Assembly: GCA_963785725.1 (NCBI GenBank)
Contig: CAWAWS010000024.1
Location: forward strand, 6,937-70,936
Length of the DNA: 64,000 nt
Origin: an uncultured delta proteobacterium
GTDB taxonomy: Bacteria > Myxococcota_A > Polyangia > Palsa-1104
Direction of reading: 5' to 3'
Each line of letters begins with the position of its first letter. Position 1 is the first letter of the stretch. The translations under genes and the position numbers were made by a program. The notes beneath the pieces are model-generated. The model saw only the letters and a program-made list of their open reading frames with translations, searched no databases and was not told where the DNA came from. Positions 44,171 through 54,752 of this stretch are shown one piece after another.

Positions 44171-44704
44171 TCACAGCGGGTCGCCGAGGGCGCAGCCGAA
44201 CGCGGGCGCCTCGGCAGTCGGCGGCGCGCGGCCGGCCAGCGCGGCAGCGATCGCGTCGTCGAGCTCGTGCGTCGTCGGCGCCGGCCGCTCGCGCGCGAAA
44301 TCGATCTGCCGGTCGTCGATACGGCCGCGATACACGCGCTCCCTTCCGCGGTAGACGATCGCCTCCGGCGTCACGGTCGCGCCCATCGCCCGCGCCAGCC
44401 GATGCCGCGGATCGCGCAACGCCGGCAATGCCAAGCCGTACGCCGCCTGATGCGCGCGCACCGCCGTCACGTCGTCGTCGGGATAGACGAGATAGAAGGC
44501 CACGCCGCGCGCGCGCCATTTATCGTATTGCCGGCGCAGCTCGGGCGCCGAGCGGTTCGACAGCGGACAGCCCGTCGCCACGAACACGAGCGCCGTAACC
44601 CCGCCGCCGGCCAATGGATCGACCGAGGTGCCCGCGAGATCTACGCCGCGCGCGCATCCGCTAACGACAAGCAGCGAGCAAACGACCCAGCGGCGCGCGC
44701 CCAT
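44171..44704 (-). CDS. redoxin/thioredoxin-fold lipoprotein with CxxS motif
   Basis: Lipobox LLVVSG|C. ALVFVATGCPLSNR...GVAFYLVYPDD...TPEAIVY. Confidence 0.7.
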   Translation of the reverse strand: MGARRWVVCSLLVVSGCARGVDLAGTSVDPLAGGGVTALVFVATGCPLSNRSAPELRRQYDKWRARGVAFYLVYPDDDVTAVRAHQAAYGLALPALRDPRHRLARAMGATVTPEAIVYRGRERVYRGRIDDRQIDFARERPAPTTHELDDAIAAALAGRAPPTAEAPAFGCALGDPL

Positions 44705-44787
44705 CCTTACAATGTAGGCGTTTCGAGTTACAAAGCGTCTTGCAATCGCATGCTTGACTATTAAACCAGCGTGCTATGCTGCGCGCC

Positions 44788-46296
44788 ATGTCAAGTCGGA
44801 TTCGTGTCGTCCTCGCTTCCCTCTTCACCGTCGGTGTAGCCACGGCGTGCCTCAACCCGCCCGTGGAATCACCGACCACCGTCGTCGTTCAGGACACGCC
44901 AGTGCGCGTGCCGCAGAACGAGCAAAACCAGATCGACGTCCTCTTCATGATCGACAATTCACCGTCGATGGACGCGATGCAGACCGAGCTGAAGGCGCGC
45001 TTCGCCGACTTCTTCCAGGTCTTCCAAGATCTGGCGACGAACGGCACCTACGCCGACTTGCACATCGGCGTCGTGACGTCCGACTACGGCGCCGGCGACA
45101 CGGCCGGCGGCGGCTGCCAGGCTTCGCCGGGCGGTCAGAACGGCCTCTTGCAGGCCAAGGGCGCCGCCGCCGACGCGAGCTGCGTGGCGCCGACGAACGC
45201 GCCCTACATTCAGTACGCGTTCCAGAAGAACGGCACGCCCATCAGCAACTTGCCGGCCGGGCAGGACCTCGTGCCGACGTTCACCTGCATGGCGTCGGTC
45301 GGCGCCGGCGGCTGCGGCTTCGAGCACCAGCTCGAGTCGGTGCTGCAGGCGCTCAAGAACACGAAAGAGAACAACGGCTTCTTGCGCACCGACGCGCTCC
45401 TCGCCGTCGTCTTCGTGACCAACGAGGATGACGGCTCGGCGCCGCCGACCGCCAAGTTCTACGAGTCGGCCGCCGACCCCAGCATGTACGGCGCGTACGA
45501 CACGTATCGCCAGACCGAGTTCGCCGTTTACTGCGGCGGCGTCAAGATCCCGTACGGCATGCCGATGTCGCTCACCGGCTGCGCCGCGGCGCCGAACCTC
45601 TCGCCGACGCCCGATCCGAACTTGGCGTTCGACATCTCGCGCTACACCAACGCGTTCACGCAGCCGATCAGCCGCGGCGGCATCAAGGCCAGCGCCGACG
45701 ACGTCCTGCTCTTCGCCATCGACGGCCCGGAGACGCCGGTCTCGACGGCGCTCGTGACCAGCGGCACCGGCCTCGGCGTCGCGCCCAACCCGTCGTACGT
45801 GCCTTGCGGCGCGCTCGGCACCAACTGCGTGCAGCGCCTCAACCACGTCTGCCAGAACAACGTGTCGCCGCCGTTCTTCGCCGACCCGTCGGTGCGCATC
45901 AACGCCGTCGTCAACAGCGCCAAGTTCAAGCAGACGAGCAGCATCTGCGGCGACGACTTGAACATGGCGCCCGACTTCACCTCGGCGCTGCAGGCGCTCG
46001 GCAAGCTCATCTCGTCGCAGATCAGCCCCGGCTGCATCCCGGCCAAGCTCGCCGACCTCAACAACCCGGAGTGCATCGTCGAAGACGTGACCGATACGGC
46101 GATGGGCCAGACGATCACGTCGATTCCGGCGTGCGCGACGGCGGGCGCGAACGTGTTCCCGTGCTGGACGATCGCCCCCAACGCGCTCTGCAACGGCATC
46201 TCGCCGCAGGGCGTCGGTATGACGGTCGAGCGCAACGGCATGGCGGCGCCGCCCAACACGAACGCCTCGGTCGAGTGCAGCACCATCGCCCAGTAA
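44788..46296 (+). CDS. lipoprotein with VWA-like MIDAS motif
   Basis: ATG 44788 (or 44776). Signal ...FTVGVATA|C. DVLFMIDNSPSM (DxSxS), later LAVVFVTNEDD. Many paired Cys. Confidence 0.65.
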   Translation: MSSRIRVVLASLFTVGVATACLNPPVESPTTVVVQDTPVRVPQNEQNQIDVLFMIDNSPSMDAMQTELKARFADFFQVFQDLATNGTYADLHIGVVTSDYGAGDTAGGGCQASPGGQNGLLQAKGAAADASCVAPTNAPYIQYAFQKNGTPISNLPAGQDLVPTFTCMASVGAGGCGFEHQLESVLQALKNTKENNGFLRTDALLAVVFVTNEDDGSAPPTAKFYESAADPSMYGAYDTYRQTEFAVYCGGVKIPYGMPMSLTGCAAAPNLSPTPDPNLAFDISRYTNAFTQPISRGGIKASADDVLLFAIDGPETPVSTALVTSGTGLGVAPNPSYVPCGALGTNCVQRLNHVCQNNVSPPFFADPSVRINAVVNSAKFKQTSSICGDDLNMAPDFTSALQALGKLISSQISPGCIPAKLADLNNPECIVEDVTDTAMGQTITSIPACATAGANVFPCWTIAPNALCNGISPQGVGMTVERNGMAAPPNTNASVECSTIAQ

Positions 46297-46518
46297 GCGT
46301 TCCGCAGTCGCTTCGCCTCTCTTCGTAACGCCTTCACCTTCGCCACTTTCGTCATCCCCGCCGTCGCAGCCGCGACCGCTCAGCCACGTTCGCGAGCCGT
46401 GGACGGGGCGGCAATTCCACGACGCGTAGGCGGCGTCGGCGTGGAGCCGCGCCGCGATCACGGCCGGACGAGAGGTTGCGTTCGATTGATTGGCGATGGT
46501 TGGTGAGCTGGCTTCGCT

Positions 46519-47979
46519 TTACTTGACCGTCGCGAGCATGGCGGCGGCGATGGCAGCGGCGCCCCACAACGCGGAGACGACGGCGACGGCGCGCGCGCGC
46601 GGACGATGCGCCGGCATCGTCGCCAGCGTCCACACCGTGCCGGCGACGGCGAGGCCGGCGCCAGACGTCACGAGCGCGGCCGACTGCGCGTTCGAGCCGT
46701 GGTGCCACAACGCCGCGCCCGTGACCGCGAGCGGCAGGCCGACGGCGATCGCGCTCCAGCCGGCGATCGTCAGCGCGTGCGCCGCGCCCTCGTCGGCATC
46801 AGCAGCTGCGGGCGCGGCGAGCAGCAGCGGCGCGGCGACTTTTCGCGCCGACATGACGGTGACGCCGGGCGCGGGCGGCCCGCCGTCGAGCGCGGCGGCG
46901 ACGCGCGCGGCGGCCCGCGCAACCTCCGACGCCGCCGCGCTGCCGGCGGCGCCGCGCGCGCTCGACGACGCCACCAGCCGCGCGCCGCGACCGTCGACGA
47001 CATAGCCCCAAACGGCGACACCGGGACGACCATCGGCGGCGTCGGCGGCCAACACGTAGACCCGACCGGCCGCGAGCGCGACCGCTAGCTGCCCGACCCA
47101 ATGGGCCTCTTCGCTGGCGCGCGAAGCATGCGTGGCATAAGCGAGCCCGACGAAGCGATCGCTGCGCAGCGCGGCCTCGAAGTCGACGTCGATCGCCACC
47201 GGCACGTCGCCACGCGCGAGCGTCACGCGATGCAGCCGCCCGTCGCCGTGCTCACCGGCCGCGAACAGCCGATAGTCGCCCGGGCGCATCGGCAGCGGAC
47301 GCGCGCCATCGACGGCCTGGCCCTCGACGAACGCGTGCGCGCCCGGCGCCGGCGGCAGCGTCACGACGAGCCGCGCCGTCGTCGCTTGCGCCGCGCCCAA
47401 GCGGTCGTGCAGCTGCACCAGCTCGCGCTCGTTGCGACCGGGATCGACCGGCAAATCGGGCACGTTGCGCAAGAGCTCCAGCATGCGCGCCTCGGCCAGC
47501 TGCGCCGCTTCCGGGCCGTGCGTCACTTGATAGGCGCGACTCAGCTTCAGCAGGATGTGCTGATAGAGAGCGCGGGCGTCGCGATCGTGCGCCAAGGTCG
47601 CTTGCGCGTCGCCGAGGCGGGCACGCGCCGCTTCCAGCTCGTCGATGGACTCGCGCACGCGCGTGCCGCTGAAAAACAGGTTGCGCTCGGCTTGCCGCGC
47701 GCGCGCCGCGATCTCGGCCAGCGCGCTCGCCGACAGCTGCGCCGGCGCCGGGCCGAAGCGGGCGTCGATGGCGTCGGCGAGCGCGCGATCGGCGAGCGGC
47801 TGCCCGAGCGCGGCGACGACGTCGGGCAGATAGACGTGCACGTCCGACGTCTGCCCATCGGCGTCGGCGCCGGAATCGGGCTTGGCGACGACCGCTTCGA
47901 TGACGATCGCGCGCGGCGCCGCCGCGGCCGAATGCGCCGCGCCGGTCACGACTGCGCACCAGACGGCGACGCGCTTCAC
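46519..47979 (-). CDS. secreted/membrane hypothetical protein (4th gene of kinase operon)
   Basis: GTG 47979 overlaps the upstream TGA (GTGA). Signal VKRVAVWCAVVTGAAHSAAAA. 3-4 C-terminal TM helices. Confidence 0.55.
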   Translation of the reverse strand: MKRVAVWCAVVTGAAHSAAAAPRAIVIEAVVAKPDSGADADGQTSDVHVYLPDVVAALGQPLADRALADAIDARFGPAPAQLSASALAEIAARARQAERNLFFSGTRVRESIDELEAARARLGDAQATLAHDRDARALYQHILLKLSRAYQVTHGPEAAQLAEARMLELLRNVPDLPVDPGRNERELVQLHDRLGAAQATTARLVVTLPPAPGAHAFVEGQAVDGARPLPMRPGDYRLFAAGEHGDGRLHRVTLARGDVPVAIDVDFEAALRSDRFVGLAYATHASRASEEAHWVGQLAVALAAGRVYVLAADAADGRPGVAVWGYVVDGRGARLVASSSARGAAGSAAASEVARAAARVAAALDGGPPAPGVTVMSARKVAAPLLLAAPAAADADEGAAHALTIAGWSAIAVGLPLAVTGAALWHHGSNAQSAALVTSGAGLAVAGTVWTLATMPAHRPRARAVAVVSALWGAAAIAAAMLATVK

Positions 47980-49358
47980 GGCACCTCGTGCGCGCCGACG
48001 TCCCACTTGCCGTTCGTCGGCTGCGGTCGCGCGCGCCCGTCGTAGTCGTGATCGACCGGCGACGTCGTCAGCTGATCGATGCAGCAGGCCAGATTCGCCG
48101 TCGTGCGGCCGTTCAGGTGATAGTCGGTCGCGCTCACGAAGTCGGGGACGAGCGACGTCGAGCCCAATAGCGTGCAGGCGCCGCTGGTGTCGCTGATGGC
48201 GTTGCCTTCGACGATGGAGTTGGCGATGGTCGTCGCGCCCGAGCACAAGATGCCGCCGGCGGCGTTGCTGACGACGGTGTCGTGCATGAAGCCGGGCGCC
48301 GCGGCGGTCGCGCCCGAGCCGATGAGCACGCCCGCGCCACCGCTGCCATTGCCGACGATGAAGCAGTTGGTGATCGTGTAGGGCGCGCCGCTGATGGAGA
48401 TGCCGCCGCCGGCGTTGCCGGGGCCGATCTGGTCGCGATCGAGCGTGACCGCGCAGGCGTTGGCGTTGAGGGCGACGCCGTTGATGCCGTGCAGCGCGCT
48501 GCGGCGGAGGGTGAGCGTGGGCCCGAGCGCGCCGTTGACGCAGGCGATGCCCGGCTGATTGACGCCGCTGCCGATGATCTGGAGCTCGTCGAGCAGCACC
48601 GTCGTCGTGGCGCCGCTGATGCCGACGGCGGGGTCGGTGGCGTCACCGCTGAGCGTGGCGGCGGGCTGGGTGTCGGCGCCGACGATGCGGATGTTGCCGC
48701 TGGTGATGGCGACGTGCGGATAGGCTGTCGACGAGCCGATGACGCGCACGAGCGGCTGCACGGCGAGCGCGGCCGTGACGTCGCAGGCGGGGTCGGCGAG
48801 CGTCGCGGCGTGGCTGCCGATGCAGGTGCCGTTGGCGTTGTCGGCGTAGGCGACGGTGGCGGCGGCGGCGCAGGTGCCGTCGGGGTTGCAGAGCGCGGCG
48901 GTGCATTCGGCGTGCGCGTCGCAGGTGCGGCAGACGCCGCTCGCGCCGCAGATGGGCGTGGCCGCGGCGCAGTCGCTGCTTTCGACGCCGGCGGTGGCGC
49001 ATGCGGCGCACGTGCCGGTGGCGGCGAAGCAGCGCGGCGTCGCCGACGAGCGGCCGAGGCAGGCGCCGTCGTCGCCGCTGCCGGTGCAGGCGCGGCAGAC
49101 GCGGTCGGCGCAGATGGGGTGGTCGTCGGGGCAGTCGCTGTTGGCGCTGCAGCCGGCGAGATCGGCCACGCCGAGGTCGGGGCTGCCGCCGTCGGCGAGC
49201 GCGGGCTGGCAGAGCTTGGCTTGCACGTCGCAGCGCGGATAGGCGGGATCGGCGCAGGGCCAGCGGGACGTGCCGTCGCAGTAGACGTTGCGCACGGGGA
49301 CTTTGCGGCAGCCGACGAGCAGCGTGGCGACGGCGAGGACGAGGGCGCAGGCGCGCAT
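47976..49358 (-). CDS. lipoprotein: Cys-rich N-terminal modules + right-handed parallel beta-helix
   Basis: Internal ATG 49358. Lipobox TLLVG|C. Repeated C..C...C modules. Gly/Asn-rich beta-helix turns. C-terminal DYHL...DYDGRARP...DVGAHE motif typical of beta-helix proteins. Confidence 0.7.
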   Translation of the reverse strand: MRACALVLAVATLLVGCRKVPVRNVYCDGTSRWPCADPAYPRCDVQAKLCQPALADGGSPDLGVADLAGCSANSDCPDDHPICADRVCRACTGSGDDGACLGRSSATPRCFAATGTCAACATAGVESSDCAAATPICGASGVCRTCDAHAECTAALCNPDGTCAAAATVAYADNANGTCIGSHAATLADPACDVTAALAVQPLVRVIGSSTAYPHVAITSGNIRIVGADTQPAATLSGDATDPAVGISGATTTVLLDELQIIGSGVNQPGIACVNGALGPTLTLRRSALHGINGVALNANACAVTLDRDQIGPGNAGGGISISGAPYTITNCFIVGNGSGGAGVLIGSGATAAAPGFMHDTVVSNAAGGILCSGATTIANSIVEGNAISDTSGACTLLGSTSLVPDFVSATDYHLNGRTTANLACCIDQLTTSPVDHDYDGRARPQPTNGKWDVGAHEVP

Positions 49359-50505
49359 CAGAAGCTCCCTACGAGCGCAATGGCGGTGGCCGCTGGGGCG
49401 ACGGCCGCGATGGGTGGCGGCGGCGTGAAGTCGCGCGCGCCGAGCGGCGGTCGAGCGTCGGTGGACGGGCGCGTCGGCGGCCACGGCGCGGTGACGGCCG
49501 CGCGCGACCACGGCGCGGCGACGGCGGCGCGCGACCACGGCGCGAACGCGGCGTCAGCCCGAGCGCGATCGGTCGGCGTGAACGCGAGGGCGCGCGGCGC
49601 CGGTTTGCGCGCGGTGACGAGCAGCGCGGCGGCGGCGGCCATGAAGGCCGCGACACCGACGGCGCCGAGCGCGATGCCGATCGTCGTGTCGTAGCGATAG
49701 CCGCAGCGGCCGGAGCACGCGGCGCGGTCGTCGTAGGCGCCGGCGGTGACGAGGCCGGCCAAGCTGCCGGCCGCGAGCCCGGCGGCGGTCGCGCCCAGCC
49801 CGAGCGCGAGCGTACGCCGCGACGTCGCGCCGGCGGCCGCGGCACCGAGCGTGACGGTGCGCGCGGCACCGGCGGCGCAGTCGATCTCCGCTCGCGCGCC
49901 CGCGGCCGCGACGGTATGTCGGCCGGCGGCGACGGAATGCGCGAACGGCGCCGCCCCGAGCGCGACCGTATCGACGCTGACGGCCGCACCGGTCGGCGCC
50001 GCGACCGTCAGCGTGCACAGCGGCCGATTGCGCTCGTCGCGCAGGAGCGGCGCGGCGGCGCGGGCGAAGCTGTCCATCAACGCGTCGGCGCTGCAGCCCG
50101 GACAGGGCAGCTCGAGCGTGCCCGCGACTTGCGCCGCGTCGACGGCGAACGAGAGCAGGTGCGCCGTCCAGCCGTCATGGCGCCGCTCGATGCGCACCGT
50201 GATCAGCCGCTCGACCGACAGCCGATCGCCGAGCGTCAAGCTGCAGCGATCCTCGGCACAGCCGCGCAGCGCCGGCGTGGCGGCGAGCGCCGCGGCGACG
50301 GCGTCGTGCGGCGCCAACAGTGCATCGGTCGGCAGCGCCAGCGACAAGGCCCGCCAAGCGCGCTCTTCGACGGCCGCGCGCGCGGCTTCGTCGACGTCGC
50401 CTTCGACACGGATTTCGCCGATCGCCCAACGCCGCGGCGCTGCCAACGCCGTCGCCGACACGCCCAGCGCCAACGCCAGCGCCGCCATAACCGCCGACGC
50501 CCGCA

Positions 50506-50506
<1 letters not shown>
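49358..50506 (-). CDS. secreted protein with PEGA-like module, two TM helices and a repeat-bearing tail
   Basis: ATG 50506 overlaps the kinase stop by 1 nt. Signal MRASAVMAALALALGVSATALA|A. LTVAAPTGAAVSVD. TM pair. PWSRAAV(A/T)A repeats. Confidence 0.55.
49481..49545. repeat. 27-bp in-frame tandem repeat, 2.4 copies
   Basis: CCACGGCGCGG(T/C)GACGGC(C/G)GCGCGCGA at 49481, 49508 and 49535. Encodes APWSRAAVA/APWSRAAVT on the minus strand. Confidence 0.8.
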
Positions 50507-52311
<1,805 letters not shown>

Positions 52312-52329
52312 GGCGGCCCCGATCTTGTA

Positions 52330-52344
52330 GTGGTTTTAAATCAC
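52330..52344. promoter_or_regulatory. AT-rich palindrome GTGGTTT-T-AAATCAC
   Basis: 7-1-7 inverted repeat with one mismatch, 18 nt upstream of the kinase GTG. Shares the core GTTTTAAA with 53491-53505. Confidence 0.4.
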
Positions 52345-52638
52345 ACTTTTATGCTGTGTCGTGGGCCGATGTCAATGACGCGTCGACGCAGCTGCGATCT
52401 CTACTGCCAACTCCTGACACTGTGCCAGTAACTCAATCCAGGCCAATCGCGTCATTGCTTGTGGCGAATTGACGCAGGCGAGATCTCGACAGGGATCAGG
52501 CCTCAGTCGCCTCGCCATGGTCGCTAATCCCACAAGATGCCGAGCTCGGGGCTGTTTACGACGGACGATGCCTCGTCATGCAGTTGGTGTACCAATCCAG
52601 CGTAGATCGACGTGACCATGCTAGCGTCGCACGCGCGC

Positions 52639-53493
52639 ATGCATTCGATTCACAAGTTGTTCGGCCATCGCGTCCGCCAGCTGCGCGAGGAGCAGCAGCT
52701 GGGCGCAGCCGACGTGGCCGCGCTCATCGGCTGCGATGTCTCGCACTACTACTCGATCGAGCGCGGCGCGCATCCGCCAAGCTTTGCGTTGCTCCTGGCG
52801 ATCGCCAAGACGTTCAAGGTCGACGAAGCCGATCTGTTCACGTGGCCGGGCAGCGGCTTGCGTCACGATGTGCGCGAGCAGGTGCGATTGGCGACGCCGC
52901 CGGCGTTGGCGGCGCTCAAAGCCGCCCTCGCCAACGTCGGCGCAGGCATCGCTGGTGTCGCTGTCGGCGCAGGCGTTGTCATCGGCGCGGGCGCGGCGAC
53001 CGGCACGAGCGTGAGCAGCGGCCGGGCGAACGCGGCGACCGGCACGAGCGTGAGCAGCGGCCGAGGAGCGCGGCGAGCCGGCGCGCGGCAGCGGGCGCGT
53101 CAACCTCGTCGTCGACGGCGGCGCGGCGAACGCCGGCCGAGCCGGCCGACGCCAACGGCCGCGACGAGCCGCCGCCACGCGAGCCGCGCCGCCGCCCGAG
53201 ACGCTAGCCGCGCGTGCGGCGTGCGGCGTGCGGCGTGCGGCGTGCGGCCGGCGGCGTGCGGCGTGCGGCGTGCGGCGTGCGGCCGGCGGCGTGCGGCCGG
53301 CGAGCAACCCACCACCCGAGCCGCTGAACGCTCGCGGCAAGCCGGCGGCGGCGAGCGCGAGCGCGCGGTCCCACCGCAGCGCCACGGCGCGCCGCGCCTG
53401 CGCCAGGCTGCAACAGCCCGCCACCGGCGAACAGATCTCGACGTCGACCCGGCGTTCGCTGCCTGGGCCCTCGCCTCACCTATCATCGACTGA
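52639..53493 (+). CDS. XRE-family HTH regulator with long low-complexity/repeat tail
   Basis: ATG 52639 chosen by alignment with the paralogue (52612 and 52618 also possible). HTH LGAADVAALIGCDVSHYYSIERGAHPPS and FKVDEADLF. After about res 95 the ORF continues through repeats to 53493. Confidence 0.6.
   Translation: MHSIHKLFGHRVRQLREEQQLGAADVAALIGCDVSHYYSIERGAHPPSFALLLAIAKTFKVDEADLFTWPGSGLRHDVREQVRLATPPALAALKAALANVGAGIAGVAVGAGVVIGAGAATGTSVSSGRANAATGTSVSSGRGARRAGARQRARQPRRRRRRGERRPSRPTPTAATSRRHASRAAARDASRACGVRRAACGVRPAACGVRRAACGRRRAAGEQPTTRAAERSRQAGGGERERAVPPQRHGAPRLRQAATARHRRTDLDVDPAFAAWALASPIID
52993..53063. repeat. perfect 32-nt direct repeat, 39-nt period
   Basis: GCGGCGACCGGCACGAGCGTGAGCAGCGGCCG at 52993-53024 and 53032-53063. 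Confidence 0.85.
53213..53303. repeat. heptanucleotide array: (CGTGCGG)5 CCGGCGG (CGTGCGG)4 CCGGCGG CGTGCGG CCGGCGA
   Basis: 13 contiguous 7-nt units read directly from the sequence. They lie inside the XRE ORF tail. Confidence 0.9.
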
Positions 53494-53505
53494 GTTTTAA
53501 ACTCA
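53491..53505. promoter_or_regulatory. perfect AT-rich palindrome TGAGTTT-T-AAACTCA
   Basis: 7-1-7 inverted repeat overlapping the stop of XRE-1, about 110 nt upstream of XRE-2. Confidence 0.45.
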
Positions 53506-53613
53506 CTAATTCATCATCATCTCCAACATGCTCGACTGATGTAACTGCCGAACACACTAAGGGATACAGCCCCGGACGCGGCCCGAGGTCGCTTGTTAGC
53601 GTCGGGATCGTCG

Positions 53614-53958
53614 ATGCGACCCGTGCCCAAGCTCCTCGGAGCGCGCATCAAAGAGCTGCGCGAAGAGCGCAGCGAGCGCGCTGTCGACATCGCCGTCATG
53701 GTCGGCGTCGATCCGTCGCACTATTATGCGATCGAGCGCGGCACGGCCCGACCCAGCCTCGACGTCGTCATCGCGCTGGCGCACGCCTTCAAGGTCGACG
53801 AAGCCGACCTCTTCATTTGGCCGGGCACCGGCGCGCGCGCCGACCTGCACGAGATCGTGCGCCGCGTCCCCAACGCTAGCCTGGCGGAGCTGAAGCTGCA
53901 GCTGGAGCAGCACGTGCCCGCCAAAGCGCCCGCCAAGACCAAGCCGCCCCGTCGCTGA
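53614..53958 (+). CDS. XRE-family HTH regulator (paralogue)
   Basis: ATG 53614. ~50% identical by eye to the first ~95 residues of XRE-1 (LGARIKELREE...DPSHYYAIERG...FKVDEADLFIWPG). Confidence 0.7.
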   Translation: MRPVPKLLGARIKELREERSERAVDIAVMVGVDPSHYYAIERGTARPSLDVVIALAHAFKVDEADLFIWPGTGARADLHEIVRRVPNASLAELKLQLEQHVPAKAPAKTKPPRR

Positions 53959-54616
53959 GCAGGCGCAAGTCGGGCCCGCGCTCGCGGCGCTGTCGCTCCG
54001 CCTCCGCCGCCTCCGCCCGTTCGCGCTCACGCTGCCACTCGAGCAACGAGCGCTCGGCACGCACGCGCGCGATCGTCTCCGGCGCCGCCAACGCCGCCAG
54101 CCAGTCCTCCATGCGCCGTCGCCCACGCCGCGCCTCGCGCGCTTCGTGCAGCGCCTCGGTCGGCGATTCGCCGGCCTCGACGAACCAGCCCTGCCCAATG
54201 CGCAACAGCCGCGCCGCGCCGCGCGCTCGCCGCGCGAAATAGCGCGCCTGCTGGTCGTAGCCGCAGGCGACGAGCACCGCCACCAACGGCGCCGGCAAGA
54301 TCACGCTCTCCAGGCCGCGCCGCCGTCGCCCGCGCGGAAACGGCAACACCCGCGGCGGCGCCCGCACCGCGTCCTTGCGCCGCCCGCTGACGATGCCGTC
54401 GCGTCGGCGTACGAATAGCCGCGGCCACGTATAACGCCGTCGCGTGCGCGCGTCGGCGTCGTCCTCGTGGCGCACCCGCTCGACGACGTAGATGTGCCCA
54501 TCGAGCACGATCTCTTCGCCCACCGCCGGATGCCCCATCGCCGCCGTTCGCTCGACCTCCGCCAGCAGCTCGCCCTGCATGTTCTGGATGACGACGCGAT
54601 ATTCACCGATTCGCAT
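53876..54616 (-). CDS. hypothetical protein (small N-terminal beta-rich domain, basic linker, one TM, helical C-terminus)
   Basis: GAGGTGGAG then ATG 54616. The last ~27 codons overlap the convergent XRE-2 gene. Confidence 0.5.
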   Translation of the reverse strand: MRIGEYRVVIQNMQGELLAEVERTAAMGHPAVGEEIVLDGHIYVVERVRHEDDADARTRRRYTWPRLFVRRRDGIVSGRRKDAVRAPPRVLPFPRGRRRRGLESVILPAPLVAVLVACGYDQQARYFARRARGAARLLRIGQGWFVEAGESPTEALHEAREARRGRRRMEDWLAALAAPETIARVRAERSLLEWQRERERAEAAEAERQRRERGPDLRLLSDGAAWSWRALWRARAAPAAASAPPG

Positions 54617-54715
54617 GCTCCACCTCGATCGCTCTTTTCCTTATCGGCGAGGCGTTCCAGAAGTTGCGTATGAAGCTGCGTATTTTGCCGGCGCCACGGC
54701 CGAGCTCACTCCGAA

Positions 54716-54744
54716 TCGACGATTGCGCAGCTTTCTGTTATAGT
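54716..54744 (+). promoter_or_regulatory. sigma-70-like promoter giving a leaderless transcript (candidate)
   Basis: TCGACG-17 nt-TATAGT, then 8 nt to ATG 54753. No SD. Confidence 0.35.
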
Positions 54745-54752
54745 TAGCCACC

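Noticed and set aside
53213-53303. Heptamer array as a CRISPR array or classical on/off phase-variation switch
   Set aside because: The units are contiguous with no spacers, so it is not CRISPR. The array sits downstream of the HTH domain, and the ORF frame and at least one alternative plus-strand frame stay open to roughly the same point (stops at 53493 and 53500; third frame not checked). Slippage would therefore alter only the tail and would not switch the regulator on or off.
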